A stretch of DNA of 64,000 bases from the human T2T-CHM13v2.0 reference genome, Homo sapiens (GCF_009914755.1 NC_060925.1), one strand, 5' to 3'; shown: positions 33,513 through 50,893, counted from the first letter of the stretch. A program made the numbers and translations. Notes: generated by a model from the sequence alone, not told the origin.

Positions 33513-33752
33513 TAATCATATTTTGACTGTCTCTAATTCATAGATTTTAAGTCTCTGTTTACATTCATTGATACTAGGAGTGATTTGTGTTTACTTCCTT
33601 AGTAAAACAGAAGATATTCTTTAATGTGTTGTAAGTTATTTTATAATATCTATTTGTTCAAGATTTTATCTCATATTACTATTAAGCAATACTTAAAATC
33701 TTTCTGTTATTAGAGACTTTGAATGTTTAATCAGTTTTTATTTTATTTGTAG

Positions 33753-33875
33753 GAAAAGTCCATCTGTTTCACTCTCTCAGAGTAAAGAAGGGACCCTTGA
33801 CTCAAAGCATCAGAAGTATTCTGCTTCATATGATAGTTATTCTGAGTCTTCAGGATACAAGAATCATGATAGAAG
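33753..33875 (+). CDS. CEP350: CEP350 coding exon (123 nt, phase 2-2): RKSPSVSLSQSKEG...GYKNHDR
   Basis: tttgtag acceptor, AAG|gtgaag donor. Confidence 0.92.
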
Positions 33876-34186
33876 GTGAAGACAATTTGATTTCTTTGTC
33901 AGTACAGTTTAGTAGATTGTGATAAATGGCTTAAACATTGCTTTCTTTGATTTCTTAATCTTGTTTATTTAAATAGAACAGTGTGTGCCCTTCAAAGTGC
34001 TGGCTTCCCTAATTAGCCAATTTACAAAATAGTTGGTCCATGTAATAATGTAACTACTGTTCCTTGAGAACCTACATTGTACAAGCATTGTATAAATTGT
34101 TCTTCCTGCATTTAATATTCACAGCAGCCTTCCAAGGCAGATGGTATTATCCTTATAGGTTAGAAAACTGAGGCTCATGGAGATGT

Positions 34187-34610
34187 TACTATGCAGCCAT
34201 AAAAAATGATGAGTTCCTGTCCTTTGTAGGGACATGGATGAAACTGGAAACCATCATTCTCAGCAAACTATCACAAGGACAAAAAACCAAACACCGCATG
34301 TTCTCACTCATAGGTGGGAATTGAACAATGAGAACACATGGACACAGGAAGGGAAACATCACACTCCGGGGACTGTTGTGGGGTGGGGGGAGGGGGGAGG
34401 GATAGCATTAGGAGATATACCTAATGCTAAATGACGAGTTAATGGGTGCAGCACACCAACATGGCACATGTATACATATGTAACAAACCTGCACATTGTG
34501 CACATGTACCCTAAAACTTAAAGTATAATAATAATAAAATTTAAAAAAAAAGAATAATTAAACATAACTCCAAAAATAAAATAATTGTTGATTATAGGAA
34601 AAAAAAAAAA
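34187..34610 (+). mobile_element. Young L1PA 3' end inserted in a MIR, with an extra 3' segment and a second poly(A)
   Basis: Close match to the recalled L1PA 3' UTR (ggggggaggggggagggatagcattaggagatatacctaatg...aaagtataataataataaaa). Confidence 0.9.
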
Positions 34611-34762
34611 GAAACCCATTCAAGGTCACATAAATAATGATACATCAAGGAATTGCACCTTAATTTATCTGCCTTCAAAGGCTGTGTTTATTGCACATTT
34701 CCTTGCTGACATTCATATTTCTTGATGTTACAAATTTTTATTGTTATAAAAAATATTGAATA

Positions 34763-35059
34763 GGCCGGGCACAGTGACTCACGCCTGTGATTCCAGCACT
34801 TTGGGAGGCCGAGGTGGGAAGATCACCTGAGGTTAGGAGTTCAAGACCAGCCTGGCCAACATGGCAAAGCCCCATCTCTACTAAAAAAACAAAAATTAGC
34901 CATGCGTGGTGGCGTGTGCCCATAATCCCAGCTACTCAGGAGGCTGAGGCATGAGAATCTCTTGAACTAGGGAGGCAGAGGTTGCAGCGAGCCAAGATCG
35001 CACCACTGCACTCCAGCCTGGGTGACAGAGTGAGACTCCATCTCAAAAGAAAAAAAAAA
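34763..35059 (+). mobile_element. AluS-like SINE
   Basis: Full Alu with an attgaata-containing TSD. Confidence 0.9.
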
Positions 35060-35894
35060 TTGAATAGCTGTCATTGGTAGTTGGTGTGATATGAATGGCT
35101 ATAGCTTTCAATTATGGTTCCATCTTGGGATTAGAAGATTTTAGAGGCTACTTTCCAGCATTTTTACAGTTAACATACTGACATTGTCAAGTATAGTAAA
35201 ACCCCAATTTAAAAAATTAAATCATGAAACTAAAAGACATGAAAATGTGGGAAAAGTACCAAAAGTTATTGAGTAGCTATTATGTCTCTGAAACTATCTG
35301 ACGTTCATTTAACCTTTACTGACACCTTCACTGAAACTTCATGTAAACCATCATCTGGATTACTATGGTGAACTCCTAATACTTGTCCTCATCCTCTAAT
35401 CTTTCTCCACTCCATTAGCCACATGGTAACCAGAGTGATTTTTGTAAAATTTCTAGCCAATTTGGTTATTCACCTATTTGAAATCTTCAGTATCCCTCAG
35501 AATATTCAAATTAAGGTCTAAATTATTTAGCCTGGCATGAAAACTTTCTTTATAATTGAGCCTTTGGTCCATCTCTAGCCCCATCTCTTGGCATTTCCTC
35601 TCTTACTATACCCCACTCATTCTAACTATTTCCAGTTCTCTAGAAGAACCATGCTCTCTGTCTTCTGTGCCATTGCATATGATATACCTTCTTTCTAGAC
35701 CATCCCACATCTCATTTCATTTAGTTTACTTTTACTTACCTTTCAAGAATCAGTGCTATCCCGTCTGCTTTAGCTCTCACCTAAGTGTTCTCCTACAGCA
35801 CTGTGAGTATAGCTGTGATAGTCTTGACCACCCTATGTGTACATGTTTCTTTGTTAGTCAGTTACATTCTAGACTAGAAGCTCTTTGAGGGCTT

Positions 35895-36465
35895 CGTTTT
35901 CATCACCCCAGAAAGAAACTCAGTAACCATTAGCAGTTACTCCCTATACCCTCCTCTGGCAACCACTAATCTGTTTCCTATCTCCGTTCTCTATGGATTT
36001 GCCTATTCTGGATTTTTTATATAAATGGCATCATTACAGTATGTGGCCCTTTGTAACTGACTTCTTTCACTTAGCATGATGTTTTCAAGTTTCATGCATG
36101 TTGTAGCATGTATCACTACTTTGTTTATATGGCCAAATTATATTCTATTGCCTGGATATCCCACATTTTATTTATCCATTCATCAGTTGGTGGACATTTG
36201 GGTTGTTTCCACTTTTTAACTATTATAAGTAATGCTGTGAACATTCACATATAACCTTTTGTGTGGATATGTTTTCATTTCTCTTGAGTATATATTTAGG
36301 AATGGAATTGCTGGGTCATGTATGGTAGCTCTATGTTTAAATTTTTGAAGAATTGCAAAACTATTTTCCAAAGTAACTGCAGCATTTTATACTATTTTCC
36401 CACCACGTAAAATTTTTCTACAGTCCTCACCAATGCTTGTTGTTTTTTTTGTTATAGCCATCTTA
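35895..36465 (-). mobile_element. L1MB-like 3' region embedded in L2 remnants
   Basis: ggcaaccactaatct...cttctttcacttagcatgatg...ggaattgctgggtca. Confidence 0.78.
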
Positions 36466-37178
36466 GGGGGGACCATGCATACTTGTATCACCAGAACTTA
36501 GCAAAGTACCTAGCACACAGTAGGCAATCTACTACAAGTTTATTGAGTGAATGATTAGCATATAACTACTAATTGGTAGAATTGGGATTCAACCCCATGT
36601 CCTTCTGACTTGAAAGTCCCTACTGTGTGCTGCATTACATCTTTTACCTTATTGCTTTATTAGAAGATTTATGTTTTCAAAAACTTATTAAACCAAACAA
36701 TTGCATTATATTCTGATAAGTACTGTCATAGAAATATACACAAAAAAACAGTATGAACACAGGGACAGAAGTGACCAAAGCTTCCTTGAGAGTTGGGGTG
36801 GGATCCATGGAGTTTCTTAGAAATAACACTTGAACTGATTCTTGAATTCCATAGGTCGTTAGGCAGACACAGCAGCAAGGGCATTTTGGAAGAGGAAATA
36901 AGCATGTGCTGAGGATCCTAAGTATATTAACCTGGCTTGTGTAATGAATGAATAAACCAAGAAATGTAAGGAGGAGAAAGCTTGGGGGAATATACGTTTC
37001 GTTTGTTGGCTGAGGAATAGCCAAAATCAGAAGTTCACATGGCATTTCAATACTTGAAGCTTAAAATCAAGGGAAGGGCAAAGATAATGATACAAATTTG
37101 AGGCTCACTCTAAATGATAGTAGTTGAAGTTATGGTTAAGATTGCCCAAGGAGAATATGTAATATAAAAGAGAAAGAG

Positions 37179-37490
37179 GGCCAGCATGGTGGCTTACATC
37201 TGTAATCCCAGCACTTTGGGAGACCGAGGCAGGTGGATCATCTGAGGTTAGGAGTTCAAGATCAGCCTGGCCAACATAGCGAAGCCCCATCTCTACTAAA
37301 AATACAAAAAAAAAATTAGCCAGGTGTTGTGGCACATGCCTGTAATCCTAGCTACTCGGGAGGCTGAGGCAGGAGAATCTCTTGAATCCAGGAAGTGGAG
37401 GTTGCAGTGAACCAAATTGTGCCACTGCACTCCAGCCTGGGCGACAGAATGAAACTCCTCAAAAAAAAAAAAAAAAAAAAAAGAAAAGAA
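37179..37490 (+). mobile_element. AluS-like SINE
   Basis: Full Alu with a long A tail. Confidence 0.9.
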
Positions 37491-38239
37491 AAGGACCAAA
37501 ACAGAACCATCAATTTTAAGGAAAGACAGAAAAATTTAAAGCAAATGAAAGAAACAAGGAAAGCTTGTTAGAGAGATGGGAAAAGCAGGTGAGAGTAAAA
37601 TCATAGGATATAAGAAGGGAGGGCTCTTTTATTTAACATTTAATTTTGACATGATTTCAAGCTTATAGAAAAGTTGCAAGAATAATAGAAAGTCCTCAAA
37701 TATCTTTCATCCAGATTATTCTAACATTTTACTACATTTTATTTAGCAAGTAGAGCTTTTAAAGAAGGAGATATGGTCAACATCTAATATTGCAAAGCAA
37801 TAAATTATGTATTGGATTTGGCAATTCAAAGTATAGATTAAGCTTATTTAGAACAGTTTTAGTAGAGCAGTTGGGGTGGAAGCAGATTGTGATAAATCGT
37901 GATGTTAATGAAAAGTAAAGAAGTGGAAACAGTGAGTAGTAGCTCCCTTTCCCAGAAGTTTGATTTTGAAATGAAAGGAAAAAAGGGAGTGATAACCTAA
38001 CAACACTGCCTATTATTATTATTTAAAAGTGAAACCTTCCTCTCTCCTACTCATCTTTCTCATCTTTTCCAATATATTCTCAGACTTATGTTACTTAGCT
38101 TTTTCTGTTTTATATTACATCTTTCTTCATTTTTATCTTGACTATAAAGTACAGTCATTTGGCCAAATAAGTTTACTTTGAAGCTATAATCCTTATTTTG
38201 TTAATTTTGTTGTTGTTGTTTCCATGTATCCATAAAAAG

Positions 38240-38409
38240 AAGTAGCAGTGGTAGCAGCCGCCAAGAAAGTCCTTCAGTTCCATCTTGTAAGGAAAATGAG
38301 AAGAAACTTAATGGTGAAAAGATAGAGAGTTCCATTGATGAACAGGTTCAGACTGCTGCAGATGATTCTCTACGAAGTGATAGTGTTCCATCTCTTCCTG
38401 ATGAAAAAG
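38240..38409 (+). CDS. CEP350: CEP350 coding exon (170 nt, phase 2-1): [19 protein letters not shown]...VPSLPDEK
   Basis: Acceptor lies within an AAG AAG TAG CAG run (start ambiguous in 3-nt steps); AAG|gtaact donor. Confidence 0.88.
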
Positions 38410-38490
38410 GTAACTTTCTTTGCAAATAAATGTGTAATCATTTGTTCAGAAACCAGAGGAAAGGTGATCCTTGTTATAAAGTGGCAAATA

Positions 38491-38788
38491 AGCTGGATGT
38501 GGTGGCTCATGCCAGTAATTCCAGCACTTTGGGAGGCTGAGCTGGGAGAATTGCTTGAGCCTAGGAGTTTGAAACCAGCCAGGGAAACATAGGGAGACCT
38601 CTGTCGCTACAAAAAAATTAAAAATTAGCCAGGCTTGGTGGCACAGCCTATGGTCCTAGTACGTGGGAGGCTAAGATGGGAGGATCACTTTAGCCTAGGA
38701 TATCAAGTCTACAGTGAGCTATGATTGAGACATAGCACTGCAGCTTTGGCGACAGAGCAAGAACCTGTCTCAAAAAAAAATAAGTAAA
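38491..38788 (+). mobile_element. AluJ-like SINE
   Basis: TSD taaagtggcaaa on both sides. Confidence 0.87.
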
Positions 38789-39161
38789 TAAAGTGGCAAA
38801 CAACTTGACTGAAACTGTGTTCCAGTGTTTTGGAATGTAGACATTAAAAGTGATGTATTTGGATATTTAGCTGAGGAGATTTCTAACTTTATCTCATTAA
38901 TATTTACTAAACTTTATCTCAATAATATAGTGTTTCTAATTAAAGCATATTTAATTATAGATAATATTTGTAAGCCTTAGAAGGAAACACAGTAACGATA
39001 TGTGACTTGTTTGTGCCATATCTCAAGTCTTTACCATGGTGCCTGTCTTCCAATAACAGTGAATAAATAATTGTCAAGTGACTATTTTAAAATATCATGA
39101 ACAGTGACTTTAATTTCTTTAAACAATATTGAATTACTTGCCCTGTGCTTTACTTGACTAG

Positions 39162-39545
<384 letters not shown>

Positions 39546-39549
39546 TACT

Positions 39550-42240
<2,691 letters not shown>

Positions 42241-42673
42241 GTCATATTCTAATTAAGCTTGGAATTAATGAGTTTTTTAAAAAGATATTTTTACTTCATT
42301 TCTTTGATTGATAGTAATGTTAAACATTTTTTTCACTTTTACTATTTATATTTCCTTTGTAAAGCATCTGATCTGGCCTTTTTTCATTTTTCTATAGGTG
42401 CATTAGTGGTTTTCTAATTGATTTGTAAGAGCTCTCTAAATTTTTTGCAACATTAATCTTTATATGTCTTAACCTAATATTTCTAGGTATTTTTAGAGGC
42501 TTTTTCTTGCTTGTAAGGCAAATGAATTTTGTTTATTATTTCATGTCTATTTATTAGTGATCAATTTTATGAATTTATGTTGGATTGTCCCATAAAGAGG
42601 CAAAGGGCTATTAATTGAATACCTACTGAGAACAATTATAATGATAAAATCTACTTTCTCCATATTCTTTTAG

Positions 42674-42870
42674 ACTCAACGTCTATTGCAACAGAATATT
42701 CTCTGAAATTTGATGAATCCATGACAGAAGATGAAATAGAAGAACAATCATTTCGATCATTACTACCTTCAGAGAGTCACCGCAGATTTAACATGGAAAA
42801 GAGAAGAGGTCATCATGATGACTCTGATGAAGAAGCTTCTCCAGAAAAAACTACACTGTCTACTGCCAAG
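42674..42870 (+). CDS. CEP350: CEP350 coding exon (197 nt, phase 1-0): DSTSIATEYSLKFDESMTEDEIEEQSFRSLLPSESHRR...TLSTAK
   Basis: Overlaps ORF 42721..42912; cttttag acceptor, AAG|gtgtgt donor. Confidence 0.94.
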
Positions 42871-43453
42871 GTGTGTTTCACTTTATCTGTGGAGGTAAAT
42901 GGTTGTGGATAGGTTCTCTCAAAGATATGAGAAAACATTTTGTACTTATCTCATTTGTCAGCTACTAGAATGATTTTTCTAAGATATCAGTTTTATTTTA
43001 TAGTTTTCCTATGAAATCTGGTTTCACTTTCCTTACAAAGTACAATACAAACTTATTTTTTGGAATGATATATAAGGCCTTTGAGGATCTGAGCCAATAT
43101 TATCTCTCTAGCTTTTGTACTTGCTTCACTCTTCTAATACTTTATTCCATTTAGAAATTTACATTCGTTCTTACCAAATTGTAATCCTCTTGGTTAAGAG
43201 GAACAAATTCTTACCCACTTTGTATCCTTGGGACAGTAATTGGCTTGCAGTAGTTTATTAAAATTTTATTGGCTGAATAAATTAGCAGATGAATGTTAAT
43301 CTGCCTCATGTGCCTTTTTAAAGAATATTCTCTTACATTGTTGGTGGCCTTGTTAAATACATAGTTTGTTTTTGTAAATGCATACCTCTTTTAGTGGAAT
43401 TAAGTACCAAAAGGTTAGATGATGATAAACAAGAAAGAAACCATCTACTTTAG

Positions 43454-43638
43454 GAACTGAACATGCCATTCTCAGGAGGACAAGATAGCTTTTCTAAATT
43501 TACTATGGAGATGGTTCGACAGTATATGAAAGAGGAAGAAATGAGGGCAGCTCACCAGTCTTCACTCCTGCGTCTCCGTGAAAAGGCCTTGAAGGAGAAG
43601 ACTAAGGCTGAATTGGCCTGGTTAGAGCATCAAAAAAA
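43454..43638 (+). CDS. CEP350: CEP350 coding exon (185 nt, phase 0-2): ELNMPFSGGQDSFSKFTMEMVRQYMKEEE...WLEHQK
   Basis: ctttag acceptor, AA|gtaagt donor; open frame. Confidence 0.93.
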
Positions 43639-44118
43639 GTAAGTTCTTTTGAGCAGTTTTCACTAATTTCTTCATTCATAAAATGGAATGCTTTATATTT
43701 TAAGATTTTTTTGTTTCCTCATTTCATTTGATTAGAGCAGCCCAGTTTCTCAAGCTAGAAATAACGGCAGTCATACTTGATTTGTATTTCTTTCAAGACC
43801 TCCTCCTACCCACGTAACATTTTCTTTGCATTCCCCTTTTATCACTTAACTGACTGTAATCTTATGTTGTCATATGATGCAATATTGTAAACTTCCCCAA
43901 GTCCTTCTGTCTCCAGAGGACACATTCTAGGGCTTGCATATACCTCAGTGAAATACTTATTTGGATATTAATGGTTACGGCTACATGTAGCAACTGCTTT
44001 TCACATTTGAAAATGTTAAATTGGTTTGTAGACTTTTTAGTAGTCAAGAATTCTTGACATTATTCAGGTAAGAGAAATTTAATCAAATCTTTGTCTCAAT
44101 GAAAAATATTATTTGCAG

Positions 44119-44206
44119 ACATCTACGAGACAAAGGAGAGGATGATAAAATGCCCCCGCTCCGGAAGAAACAGCGTGGTTTGCTTTTAAGGTTGCAGCAA
44201 GAAAAG
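44119..44206 (+). CDS. CEP350: CEP350 coding exon (88 nt, phase 2-0): KHLRDKGEDDKMPPLRKKQRGLLLRLQQEK
   Basis: tttgcag acceptor, AAG|gtatgt donor. Confidence 0.93.
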
Positions 44207-44634
44207 GTATGTTAGGGAAGGCACCCCTTTAGGACAGCTTATAAGGCAAGTTAGTTTGTGGAATCTATTATTTTGCCTGATTTCTTTTCCTTATCATTGC
44301 CTTAAATGAGATTTAGTTGATACTTCCACTGTTTATGTTCATACTACTATAATTATAGGGGTTGCTTGGTAATCTACTGTATTTCTCCTAAATGAGGATT
44401 GTGTGTCACTCCTAAATTAATAAAATACACAGGCAAACTTTCTACCTTCATGTAGTAAGTAGAAGAAAATACTCTTTTGAAATACAAATTTTAAAAATTA
44501 AGATATGTGTAAAAGAATCTATTTGGATTAAATTTTAAATTATTGTTTCCCTAGACTTTCATGACATATTAATTACATATTGATAAATATTTTGGCTTAA
44601 TGGACTTAGAAAGACCTCAGTTTTGAATTCTGGA

Positions 44635-45080
44635 GAGGCAGCATGGTGGTGTAGTGGTAAAGAATTCAGGCTCTGGAGTTAGATTTCCTAGGCTAAAATC
44701 CCAACTTTACCAGTTGCTGGTTTCATAACCTTGAACAAGTTACTTAACTTCTCTGTGTCTCAGTTTCCTCATCTGTAAACTGAAGATAATAATAGTAACA
44801 TACTTTATAGGGTTGTTTTAAGAAATAAGTGAGTTAATACATAAAATAAACTTAGAGCAGACTGTGGCACAATGGTAAGTGCTCAATAAATATTAGTTGC
44901 TATTATTTGAATTCCAGCGTTGTCACTTGAAACTGTGTAATCATGGTCAAAGTTTAAGTAACTCTCTGAGACTTAATTTCCTCATCTGTAGGAGTGGGAT
45001 TATACTTCATATAGTGGTTGTGAGGATTAAATGAGGTAACATATGTAAAGTGGGTTTCACTGTGCCTGGTAAGTATTCAA
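44635..45080 (+). mobile_element. Two tandem MIR elements
   Basis: ctcagtttcctcatctgtaaa-type core occurs twice. Confidence 0.75.
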
Positions 45081-45251
45081 TAGATTCCAGTTTTTTTCCC
45101 CATATTAACCTGTTGTCAGGTGCTAGCTACTGTGTTAGATGATTTAGGAAGCTAATTATCTGAATTATATATTGGCTTATTACTTAGTTGTATGTTTATC
45201 CCAGGAAACATTACAGATAATATGAATTTGAATAAATTCTGAATTCCATCT

Positions 45252-45549
45252 TTTTTTTTTTTTTTTTTTTTTTTTGAGACAGTCTCGCTCTTTTACCCAG
45301 GCTGGACTGCAGTGGCGCTATCTCGGCTCACTGCAAGCTCCGCCTCCCAGGCGCCATTCTCCTGCCTCAGCCTCCTGAGTAGCTGGGACTACAGCCCCCA
45401 CCACCGCGCCTGGCTAATTTTTTTGTATTTTTAGTAGAGACGGGATTTCACCATGTCAGCCAGGATGGTCTTGATCTCCTGACCTCGCGATCCGCCATCC
45501 TCAGCCTCCCAAATGCTGGGATTACAGGCATGAGCCACCTTACCCGGCC
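45252..45549 (-). mobile_element. AluY-like SINE
   Basis: ctgcaagctccgcctccc and caggatggtc diagnostics; tgaattc-containing TSD. Confidence 0.9.
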
Positions 45550-46058
45550 TGAATTCTATTTTTTAAAAAATAAGTTGTGTCTTTTTAATCCAAAAAATTG
45601 GTTTTAAAATAAATTAAAATTTTTTCTTAGTTAAAATAAGTAAATAACTTTCTATAATGTTACACAATAGCTTTCTGTTATAAAATAGAATAAAAATAAG
45701 ATTTATAAATTTATCCCTCATTCTGTGGGGTTTCTTTTCACTTTCTTGATAGTATCCTTTGAAGTATAAAATTTTTCATTTTGATACATCTGGTATTTTA
45801 TTGCATGCCTGCTAATAACATGTTTTTTGTTTTGATTAGTTTGAAAATGTATTTGTTTCACCTTTATTTTTGAAGGATATTTTTAATAGGCATAAAATTA
45901 TTTTCTTTCAGCACTTCTAAAGATATTTTCCATTATTTACTGCTTTCCATTGTTTATGTGGAGAGGTCAGTTATCTTAATCTTGTTCTTTTGAAGGTTCC
46001 TCTTAAGATTATTTAAAAATTACCCAGTTTTTCAGTAGTTTTACTATGATGCATGTAG

Positions 46059-46468
<410 letters not shown>

Positions 46469-46701
46469 ACTTCTACCTCATTCTTTTTCTCCTTTCCTTC
46501 AGGGACTTCAATTAGACATAGGTTAGACCTTTTGACCATTTGCCACATCCCTCTCTTCTGTCTTGTTTGTATTTCATTCCTTAAAACAAATTAAAAACTA
46601 AAAACACTGTGCTTCAGTTTGGAAAGTTTTTATTGACCTGTCTTTGAGTTCATTAGTATGTCCTCTACTTTGCCCAGTGTGCTGCTAAGTCTATCCAGTG
46701 A

Positions 46702-47291
<590 letters not shown>

Positions 47292-48892
47292 TAGTCACAG
47301 TTATATAAATAACTGCAAAGGCTCCAGCTGATGGTCTCTTCCCCCAGAGAGGATTTATCCTTTCTTTTGCTATTTTATGAGAGTTTTCTTTTGCTATTTT
47401 ATTAGAGTTATCAACTGTTCATCTTAATTCATTCAAAGATTGTGCTGGGTTAGGGTTAGGTTGTAGAGTTGGTAAGCCTCAGTCTACTTCTGGTCTGCAT
47501 TATCCCTAGGTTGGGGCTCTCCAGGGATTCACTGGAAACCCAGATAATACTTTTTACTCAGCACAAGAGACTGGGGATTTCTGCCCTGCTTTTGAGACTT
47601 TTCTGGGTTAACTCCTTAGCCCTCTATGTGCTACTTCAGAACTTGACAACTGCTTTGAGGAGAATGTGAGTTTGAGATCTCCTGAGTCTCCTAGTTTTGT
47701 CACTGTGGCTCTGTGTGGATGGTTAGAGTGTTGACTGGTGTAACCACTTTGAGTTGAGAGCAATTGCCACTACCTGGTTCAGTTGAGGACATATATAATA
47801 TATGACTCAGCAGTTCTGTCTTGGTATATATCCTAAAAAAGCTTTCACATATGTGCAAGGGAAAATGAAAACAACTTAATTTCTTCAATAAAAGAATAGA
47901 TGAAATAAAACATATTCTTGCAAGAAAGTATAATACTGCAGGAAACTGAATGTGTTAGATATCAACACTGTCTGTAGAGATTTCTGAAATGATAGTAATT
48001 TTCTTTATCTGTGTTGTCCAATACTGTAGCTACTAGCCACATGTAGCTAGAAGCTGTCATATTGGACAGTGTAGCATGAGATCTTCATTTATCAAAAACC
48101 ATAATGTTCTTTTTAATAGAAAAGCAAGATGCAAAGAATATATACAGTATTATACCAGTCATATAAATTTTTTTAAAGTAACCAATTAGTAGTATACGTT
48201 CTGTGGAACCACTCATGCATCAAAAGCAAAAAACCACATATAGAAATGATACACTTCTGGGGAAGAGAGGAAGGAGGAAGAGATTGGCATGGAGTTTGGT
48301 TTCATCTGTATTTATCTATTTATAGATAATAACATATTTGAAACAAATGTGCAAACTGTTAAATATGTTTAATGCCAGTCGTAGGGATATGAGTGACTAC
48401 TTTTTCTTTTTGTAATACTTAAGAATTTTTTAAGTAAATATGCAAAATATACTCTTTGATCCAATTGGTTACCCCTGAAAAGTTGCCTTATATGTTGAAA
48501 AAACCAAAGTGTAAGAATATATGTGCTAAGATATTTCTTGCAACTGTAGCAGTAAGAATTCTTTTGACTGATAGTGAAATGGCTGGCTCTAAGCAATTTG
48601 GTACAACCGTATCCAAAAAAGAGAGACCATATTTTCCTATGTCTTATTCGTTTTACCCTCCCTGAAGTGACATTCATAACACATAAAAATAACCATTTTA
48701 ATAAAGTGAATAATTCACTTATACCATTCACCATTTTAAAGTGAACAATTCATTTGTACAACTTCATGAATTATTCTTACAAGAGGGACAAACCTGTTTC
48801 CCAAGTATTCCTTAGAAGTTGTCTCTTTTTTCTTCTAGGCTTGAATTGGGTGAATTTATACATTATTTAGTTCAGAAACTCAGGCCTAAGTT

Positions 48893-49957
48893 AGTGGAAG
48901 TTTCAAAACGTACTCTGTGAAACTCTGGCCTCTAAGACCCTTTCACAGGTCTGGAAGGTCAAAACTATTTTCTTAATGATACTCTGTTATGAATTTGCCC
49001 TTTTCACTGTGTTGACATTTGTACTAAATAGTAGAAAACAATGCTGAGTAAAACTGCTGGTGCTTTATCACAAGTCAGTGGCACCAAACTGTATTGGTAA
49101 TTTTCTTATTCTTCATGCCACTTACTTGCAGTTAAAAAAAGCAAGTTTCATTTAGAATGTCCTGATTGAGTAGTAAGAATTATTAATTTTATTGTCTTGA
49201 ACTCTTGAGTACATGTCTTTTTTGTATTCTGTGTGACAGAAACGGGAAATCCATAATCAGACATCTTTGCTCGATACCAGAATATAGTGATTAATTCAAG
49301 AAGTATTTGTGCGCTTGTTTGAATTGTGAGCCTTTTTTTTTTTTTCATGGAATAGTATTTTTACTTGAAAGAATGATTCAAGGCAACCTGTGCTAATTCG
49401 GATTTGAGTGTTTGACAAATGTTTTTCTTAAAAACAAAGAAAGTATCCCTGTCACTTCAAATAAATAACTGACAATATATGTTGCCAATGATAAAATTCA
49501 AGCTTTCACACAAAAGTCAGGATTTTGAAAAATTTCTGTTGCCCACCCAAAATAATTTTTCTTTTGAGATTAATGGTGATATTCATGAGTATAACTGTTT
49601 GATATTGCATAATGAAGTGTGTCAACATTTAGAAAATCCACATAACTTAGTGAACCAACATTTTCCCAGTGACCAGTGCACAATGTTAAAAAAAAAATCA
49701 AGCTAGACAATAAAGAGATTTGCAAAACTCTAAAATATCATTCTTTTCACTAAATTATTTTTTGTTTTGGAAAATATAGTTACTTTCTTTAAAATGTACA
49801 CAATCATTGTATACTCATTAGGGAATGAGAATAAAGAGCAAGTAATATATTTGCTAACAATGTATTTAGTGTTATAAAAAATGGTTTGATGCTCAGAGTC
49901 CCCTAACAGGGTCTCAAGACTTCCAGGGATTTCATAGAGCACACTTTGAGAACTGCT
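48893..49957. mobile_element. Charlie1-family (hAT) DNA transposon remnants
   Basis: gaccctttcacagg..ggtcaaaactattttc..ttttcactgtgttgacatttg matches the recalled Charlie1a; a Charlie-type terminus cacactttgagaactgct lies at the right end. Confidence 0.7.
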
Positions 49958-50071
49958 ACTCCAGAAAAATTTATAAATGTGCCCAAGAAGACAAAATGTA
50001 TAAGGCTCTTCACTTACAGCATTGTTTGTACAATAGTGAAAAATAAAGAACAACCTTAAAATCTCACCATA

Positions 50072-50378
50072 TGGGGTGGGCACAGTGGCTCATGCCTATA
50101 ATCCCAGTGCTTTGGGAGGCCAAAGACAGATCACTTGAGGCCAGGAGTTTGAGACCACTCTAGGCAACATAGCAAGACCCTGTGTCTACAAAAAAATAAA
50201 ATAAAATAAAAATTAGCTATGCGTGGTGGCACGTGCTTGTAGTCCTAGCTACTTGGGAGGCTAAGGTGGGAAGATCACTTGAGCCCATGAGTTTGAGGCT
50301 GCATTGAGCCACTGTACTACTCCAGCCTGGGCAACAGAGCAAGACCTTGACTCTAAAAAATTTTAAAAATAAAAATAA
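50072..50378 (+). mobile_element. AluJ-like SINE
   Basis: Diverged dimer. Confidence 0.85.
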
Positions 50379-50892
50379 TCCCACCATACATGGGTAAGAG
50401 ATAAATATATGGTTCTCCACTGTAATTTTATGCAGCATTAAAAGGCGTAAATTAGCATGGTGAAATATCAAAAGTGATATCTAGTAAAGCAAGATTTAAA
50501 ATATATACATATGATATTTATAAAATATTTTTAAACATACAAACCAAATAGTATATCTTTTTTTTTGCAGATAAGCACAAATATTTTTAGAATAATTTAA
50601 AAAGAATGTGCTGGAAGGATAGATACCAAACCCATGATAGTTGTTACCTCTGAGGAGTTGGGGCACAAGATTGCAGACTAGTTTTATCTGTAATGTTTTA
50701 TTTCTTTACAGGATTAAAGACTAGGAGAAAATATAACTGAATATTAACAATTGTTAACTTGGTGTTTTGGAAATGTAGATGTTTATAAAGCACTTTTTTG
50801 CATTTTAAGGTAGTTTCAGAAAAATCTCAATGATTAAAATAATTATAACTAACAAATTTTAATGTGTTTATTATGCTTTATTGATAAGAAAA

Positions 50893-50893
50893 C

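Noticed and set aside
33876-38239. U12-type intron suggested by the A-rich acceptor
   Set aside because: The donor is GTGAAG rather than RTATCCTT, and there is no TCCTTAAC branch site.
47447-47461. Telomere-like gggttagggttagg
   Set aside because: Only about two units; expected by chance.
48009-48075. Short inverted repeat tgtccaata...tattggaca
   Set aside because: Explained as the termini of an internally deleted MER3/MER33-type element.
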